From: Patescibacteria group bacterium
Lineage (GTDB): Bacteria > Patescibacteriota > Minisyncoccia > Phycocordibacterales > UBA12088
NCBI GenBank assembly: GCA_015491245.1
Contig: WFWH01000002.1
Span: 3,823 to 67,822 of the forward strand
Length of the DNA: 64,000 nucleotides
Reading direction: 5' to 3'
Part shown: positions 59,474-64,000 of the stretch, in pieces
Layout of the letters: each line of letters begins with the position of its first letter
Numbering within the stretch: the first letter of the stretch is position 1
The notes under the pieces: model-generated
What the model was told of the DNA's origin: nothing
The model's input: only the letters and a program-made list of their open reading frames with translations
Databases searched by the model: none
Position numbers and translations under genes: made by a program

Positions 59474-60940
59474 TTAGCGCCCCGCACGCTGGAGGATATC
59501 AATCTGCCGCTGGTAGTACGCGGCATGGCGCATGACCCCGTCCCCATAGAACGCATAGGCGGGGTTGGTGGCATTGCTCCAACCCGCAAAGTAGCGCAGG
59601 GCGGCAAGGCGCTCCGCCTCATAGCCGCCGCGATCGGCACCATTATCTTTGAGCAGCAGTGCCGCCGCAAAAAACGCATCCTGCTTGTCCCATGGATTGG
59701 AGGGACGCGCGCGGCCGCTGAGCGCGCGCAGGCGGTCCTGCGATTTTTCATAGCGCCATGGTCCCGCCCAAAATTGGTCCCAACTCAAGCTGCGGCGCGC
59801 ATTGCTGCAATCGCCCGTATTCACATTAACCCACCCGCCATAGCACGCCCAAGTGGAGGGAATAAATTGCGCCGGTCCCATGGCACCACCCCATCCGTAC
59901 GAGGGTTTTTTGGATACCGGCATGCTGTCCGGATTGAGCCCCAACGCTTTCGTGAGTGCGAGAAAGAGCGGTACATCGCGCGTGGGGTGCATGTCGCGCC
60001 GGTAATTGCCGGTGCCCAAAAATTCTCCAAGCTTCGTTTCCTGCGTGAGTACGCCCAAAATGAGCGCGGGGCGCACCCCCGTCTTTGCACCCGCGCGCGT
60101 GGCATATTCCAGTGCCTCCCCGAAGGGAATGGCGCCGGTGTCCCGCAGTGCGAACAGTTCTGCGCGGATATCGGCGGCGGTGCGCTGTTTGGCTTCAATA
60201 AGCGCCTGGTAGCGCGCCTCTTCCCCGCGCGTTTCGGCGAGTATTTCCTTCTTTTGCGCTTCCCGGCTCTCCACCTCCCGCTTCTGTAGCTCTTGGAGCG
60301 TCCTTAGCTCCACCTCCTCGCGGCGTTTTGCCGCAAGTGCGTCCCGCTCGCTGCGCACCGACTCCTTCAGTGCCTCCAGCCGCCGGGAGGAACGCGCCAA
60401 TGCGGCTTTTACCTTCCGTACATCGTCAAAATCTTCAAAAAAGTCTGAGAGATTTTTGTTACTCAAAACAATTTCCACGAGGGACACCTGATCTAGTTCA
60501 TTGGTCTTGCGCACCAGCTGTGCGAGCGCTTCCCTCTCGCGTGCCAGTTTTTCGTCCAAATCGGCAATGGTGCCCTCTTTGCTGCGAATATCTGCAGAGA
60601 GCCCTTGTATGACCAACTCGCGCGCCCGTATGGCAAGGCGTGCTTTTTCTATTTGCGCATCCAAGATGGCAATGTCGCGCTCAAGCGATACCCTCTCTTT
60701 TTGCTTGGTGGAGAGGAGTATCTGCTGGTACTTTATTTGCTCTTCAATCCTTTTTAATTCGCGCTCCAACTGTGCACGGCGCTTTGCAATTGCGTCATCA
60801 GTTTCCGCCGTAAGCGGCGCAGGAAAAACCGCCGTGAAAAAAAGCGCGGTACCCACTGCCAAAAAAAGCGCAGCCGCCGCACGCGCGCGCAAGTGACGGC
60901 AGGGTGATTTGTCCTCAAGGACTGTAGGGCCGTGATTCAT
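59474..60940 (-). CDS. exported coiled-coil plus lytic transglycosylase (MltB/SLT_2-like) protein
   Basis: Signal peptide, PcsB/CwlO-like coiled coil, QET catalytic Glu, GAMGPAQFIPSTW, NPWDKQDAFFAAA. Confidence 0.82.
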   Translation of the reverse strand: MNHGPTVLEDKSPCRHLRARAAAALFLAVGTALFFTAVFPAPLTAETDDAIAKRRAQLERELKRIEEQIKYQQILLSTKQKERVSLERDIAILDAQIEKARLAIRARELVIQGLSADIRSKEGTIADLDEKLAREREALAQLVRKTNELDQVSLVEIVLSNKNLSDFFEDFDDVRKVKAALARSSRRLEALKESVRSERDALAAKRREEVELRTLQELQKREVESREAQKKEILAETRGEEARYQALIEAKQRTAADIRAELFALRDTGAIPFGEALEYATRAGAKTGVRPALILGVLTQETKLGEFLGTGNYRRDMHPTRDVPLFLALTKALGLNPDSMPVSKKPSYGWGGAMGPAQFIPSTWACYGGWVNVNTGDCSNARRSLSWDQFWAGPWRYEKSQDRLRALSGRARPSNPWDKQDAFFAAALLLKDNGADRGGYEAERLAALRYFAGWSNATNPAYAFYGDGVMRHAAYYQRQIDILQRAGR

Positions 60941-61102
60941 GGGCTAACCCCTAATGGGCGTACGCCTGTTGAAAGGCGCAGCTTTGTATTATACCAATCC
61001 CCTCACTGAGGAAAAACCACACAATCCTGAGAAGCAAAAGGCCCCGTATGTGGACCAGCGAGGCACTGCAGATGCGGCATGCATTTCGATGCGCAATCAG
61101 CG

Positions 61103-61747
61103 CTACGCCGTTTCTCCTTCCTCTTCTTTCTTCCCCCTCTCCGCTACCGCAATAGTATCCAAGTCAGGTGCGACAGCTTCTGCAGAAAGGTCTTCCTCCA
61201 CCGCCTCCTGCACCAGCGCGACCACCTCGGCGCCATCGGTGAGGATTTTCACTCCCGCGGGTGGGCGCACATCGCGCACATGGATTTGGTCCTCAAAGGT
61301 TTTGAGGGGCGATATGTCCACTTCTATGGCGCGCGGCAAATCCTTCGGTAGTGCCTCAATTTCCACCTCGTGCAGCACCTTGATGAGAATGCCGCCGCGC
61401 TCTTTCTCGGCGGGCGCCACGCCCGTAAACTCAAGCGGCACCTCCACTCGCACCGCACTCTGTTGGTCAATAGCGTACAAATCTGCGTGAAGCGGGTTCC
61501 CCAACACAGGGTCAAACGCCACCTCATGTATCAGCACTTGCAGCGGATCCCCCAGCCCCTCAACGTGCACCATGCCCGTCTCGCCCGCCTCTTTCCACGC
61601 GCGGTGAAACGCGCGCGCTTCAATTGCCACAGGGGTTGCGGGAAATTTTTTGCCGTATACCACCGCAGGAATTTTTCCCTCGGCGCGCAAACGCCGATTT
61701 TCCTTTTTGGAAACGCGGTCCCTCTTTTCCACCGAGAGTGATGCCAT
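61103..61747 (-). CDS. rplY: 50S ribosomal protein L25 (CTC-type, long form)
   Basis: RRLRAEGKIPAVVYG, HADL, VEVPL, LPRAIEVDIS. Confidence 0.93.
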   Translation of the reverse strand: MASLSVEKRDRVSKKENRRLRAEGKIPAVVYGKKFPATPVAIEARAFHRAWKEAGETGMVHVEGLGDPLQVLIHEVAFDPVLGNPLHADLYAIDQQSAVRVEVPLEFTGVAPAEKERGGILIKVLHEVEIEALPKDLPRAIEVDISPLKTFEDQIHVRDVRPPAGVKILTDGAEVVALVQEAVEEDLSAEAVAPDLDTIAVAERGKKEEEGETA

Positions 61748-61762
61748 AAATGTTGCGGTAGC

Positions 61763-61791
61763 ACTATAACTTGCCCCCTGCCGAGAGTCAA
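61763..61791 (-). promoter_or_regulatory. promoter for rplY
   Basis: TTGACT (61791-61786), 17 nt, TATAGT (61768-61763). Confidence 0.7.
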
Positions 61792-61982
61792 CCTTGTCAG
61801 CGCGGTGCCGCGCACATGCCGCGCTGGGCGCGCACCGGTACCATACCTCTCGCGGCAGCACCCATATCCTTGGTATACTGAAAGGGCGCACGAGCCGAAA
61901 GGGGCACACGCTCACACATTTACATTATATTTACCCAAAACGTGTGCGGCGCCACAAAATCTTCTGCGCTTTAATTGATAGT

Positions 61983-62996
61983 ATGGAACACTCTTTTGAC
62001 TTCATTGCCATCGGCGACATCGTAACCGACGAATTCATAGAGCTGGACCCCCGCGAGGCGGTCGTCTCGGAAAACGAGGAAGGGAGAAAAATACTCTCCA
62101 TGCACTTCGGCGACAAACTGCCGTACCGCGGGGCAACCACCGTGCCCGCCGTCGGCAACAGCCCCAACGCCGCGGTTGCGGCAACCCGCCTCGGGCTGAA
62201 AACCGCACTGGTTACCCACATCGGCGACGACGAGGGCGGCAGGGAAATCCTCACCCAACTGGAGCAAAACGGCATTGACCGCACGTTTGTCCAAATACAG
62301 GAAGGGAAAGAAACCAACCACCACTATGTCCTGCGCTACGGCCCCGAGCGCACCATCCTCATCAAGCACGAGCGCTACGAGTACCGCCTCCCCGACTTGG
62401 GCGCACCGCGCTGGATTTACTTCAGTTCGGTGGGCGAAGATTCACTTCCCTACCACCACGAAATCGCCGCGTATATTGAAACGCACCCGGAGGTAAAGCT
62501 CGCCTTTCAACCGGGCAGTTTTCAAATCAAGCTGGGCTACGAAACCCTCCAAGACATTTATAAGGCATGCGCGCTCTTTTTCTGCAACCGTGAAGAGGCA
62601 ATGAGCATTTTGGAAACCAAAGAGCGCGATATTACCGCGCTTTTGGACGGCCTGCACGAGCGCGGCGTTGCCACACCGGTCGTCACCGACGGGCCGGAGG
62701 GCGCCTATGTGCGCGAAGAGGACGGCAGCATCTGGCACATGCCTATGTACCCCGATCCCGCGCCGCCCGTAGACCGCACGGGCGCGGGTGATGCGTTCGC
62801 TTCCACGTTCACCGCCTGCCTCGCGCGCGGCATGGCGCTTCCCGAAGCCCTGCGCCGCGCGCCCATTAATTCCATGAGCGTGGTGCAGCACATTGGCGCG
62901 CAGGAAGGATTGCTGAGTATGGACGCGCTGGAGGAGTTTCTTGCGCGTGCTCCTTCCCATTACGTACCCCATCAAATTCGCGCGCCGCTTTCCTAA
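61983..62996 (+). CDS. PfkB-family carbohydrate kinase
   Basis: NAAVAATRLG, IGDDEGG, FCNREEA, TDGPEGA, DRTGAGDAFAS. Confidence 0.9.
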   Translation: MEHSFDFIAIGDIVTDEFIELDPREAVVSENEEGRKILSMHFGDKLPYRGATTVPAVGNSPNAAVAATRLGLKTALVTHIGDDEGGREILTQLEQNGIDRTFVQIQEGKETNHHYVLRYGPERTILIKHERYEYRLPDLGAPRWIYFSSVGEDSLPYHHEIAAYIETHPEVKLAFQPGSFQIKLGYETLQDIYKACALFFCNREEAMSILETKERDITALLDGLHERGVATPVVTDGPEGAYVREEDGSIWHMPMYPDPAPPVDRTGAGDAFASTFTACLARGMALPEALRRAPINSMSVVQHIGAQEGLLSMDALEEFLARAPSHYVPHQIRAPLS

Positions 62997-63229
62997 CTTA
63001 CATCGCAAATCTTCGTGCCTGTGGTTTCTCTCGGTGCCTGCCGGCGTGCCGCGGCCACAGGGGGAGGGATGCGCACCGTGTCATAGCGGGATAGCATAAG
63101 CGCACACCATTCCTTGTCCGCCGCCTCTTCAACACGGATAACGAGCAAACTCGCAAAAAGCGCCACGCTGGCCAACAGCGCTACCGACGGTATGGTGTTG
63201 ATGCGCTGGGTGAGCAATGAGTGCACCAT
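62993..63229 (-). CDS. small hypothetical membrane protein
   Basis: 78 aa with one hydrophobic stretch (VALLASVALFASLLVI); fills the gap after the transketolase subunit. Confidence 0.45.
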   Translation of the reverse strand: MVHSLLTQRINTIPSVALLASVALFASLLVIRVEEAADKEWCALMLSRYDTVRIPPPVAAARRQAPRETTGTKICDVS

Positions 63230-63303
63230 ACCCGTACGTGCGTGAAGGCGGGAAGCGCCGTGCGTTCTCCTTCAGTCCGTGCGTGTGCGTGGCAATACGT
63301 GCC

Positions 63304-64000
63304 TTACCCTTCCTTGCGCGCCAATGCCGCCCTTATCGCCTCTTTAATGCTCGCCACATCCATACCGTAATGCCGCATGAGCTCTTCAGGGGTGCCCGAT
63401 TGGCCGAACTGGTCGTGCACGCCCACTGTAACCAGGGGAACCGGCGCGTTATGCATGAGCACCTCAGCCACCGCGCCGCCCATGCCCCCCGAAACTTGGT
63501 GCTCTTCCACCGTCACCACCGCACCCGCCCTGCGCGCCACCTCTATCACCAGCGGCTCATCCATGGGCTTTACCGTGTGGTTGTTCACCACCACGGTATC
63601 AATTCCCTCATGCGCAAGTTCAGCGGCGGCACGCACCGCCTCGTACACCAACGGGCCGCAAGCGAACACCGCCACTTCGGGATTATCGCTTTCCCACACC
63701 AGATACGCTTTTCCTATTGCAAAAGGAGTGGCGCGCGTGGTAAAGACGGGCGTTTTGGCGCGGTGGAAGCGAATGTATACAGGGCCGTCGGTTTTTGCCG
63801 CTGCCTCTACCGCTTTGCGCGCCTCCAGCGCATCACAGGGGGCAATAACCGTCATGCGGGGCAGCACGCGCATGATCGCAATATCCTCCAGCGCCTGGTG
63901 CGTGGCGCCGTCGGGCCCCACCGACACTCCGGCATGCATCCCCATCACCTTCACCGGCATCTCGTTGAGGCACACGGTGGTGCGTATTTGCTCCCAATTC
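63304..64000 (-). CDS. transketolase C-terminal subunit (5' end outside the window)
   Basis: HAGVSVGPDGATHQALED, GPVYIRF, VKPMD, TVEEH...GGMG, DQFGQSG. Confidence 0.9.
   Translation of the reverse strand, partial: NWEQIRTTVCLNEMPVKVMGMHAGVSVGPDGATHQALEDIAIMRVLPRMTVIAPCDALEARKAVEAAAKTDGPVYIRFHRAKTPVFTTRATPFAIGKAYLVWESDNPEVAVFACGPLVYEAVRAAAELAHEGIDTVVVNNHTVKPMDEPLVIEVARRAGAVVTVEEHQVSGGMGGAVAEVLMHNAPVPLVTVGVHDQFGQSGTPEELMRHYGMDVASIKEAIRAALARKEG

Noticed and set aside
58778-60289. 503-aa + strand ORF, and other long ORFs such as 22031-23443, 12211-13209 and 1197-1937
   Set aside because: They are antisense shadows of well-supported genes; high GC makes stops rare, and they carry no recognisable motifs.

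Overview
A 64-kb stretch of GC-rich bacterial chromosome using the standard genetic code. The compact core genes, zinc-free L31/L32, short EF-Ts, trimmed aminoacyl-tRNA synthetases, many orphan surface proteins and scarce Shine-Dalgarno (SD) sites point to Patescibacteria/CPR, probably Parcubacteria (inference). Most of it is housekeeping: ppsA, uppP, dsbA, a UvrD-nuclease fusion, rpoD, dnaG, rpoC, rpoB, trmD, khpA, rpsP, rnr, cyclophilin, smc, rnc, nusB, rpmF, rnhB, dnaE, thrS, gyrB, pheTS, tRNA-Thr, tsf, rpsB, prfA, rpmE2, rplY, a PfkB kinase and a transketolase subunit. I saw no mobile element or CRISPR array. The main leads are: (1) a sortase next to a 933-aa surface protein with an internal IPYTG signal, a TM helix and a ~360-aa cytoplasmic tail that resembles the DnaX clamp-loader lid and collar domains; (2) a non-enzymatic cluster of three cohesin proteins and one dockerin protein; (3) an unannotated promoter-to-terminator sRNA with an anti-SD loop that can pair over the RBS and AUG of an unannotated 47-aa membrane peptide; (4) an inverted 'mirror' copy of the tRNA-Thr 3' end within a structured trailer; (5) a NusB-Nudix fusion, an apparently hinge-less SMC and a minimised PheRS. 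All domain calls are by eye from motifs; no searches were run.
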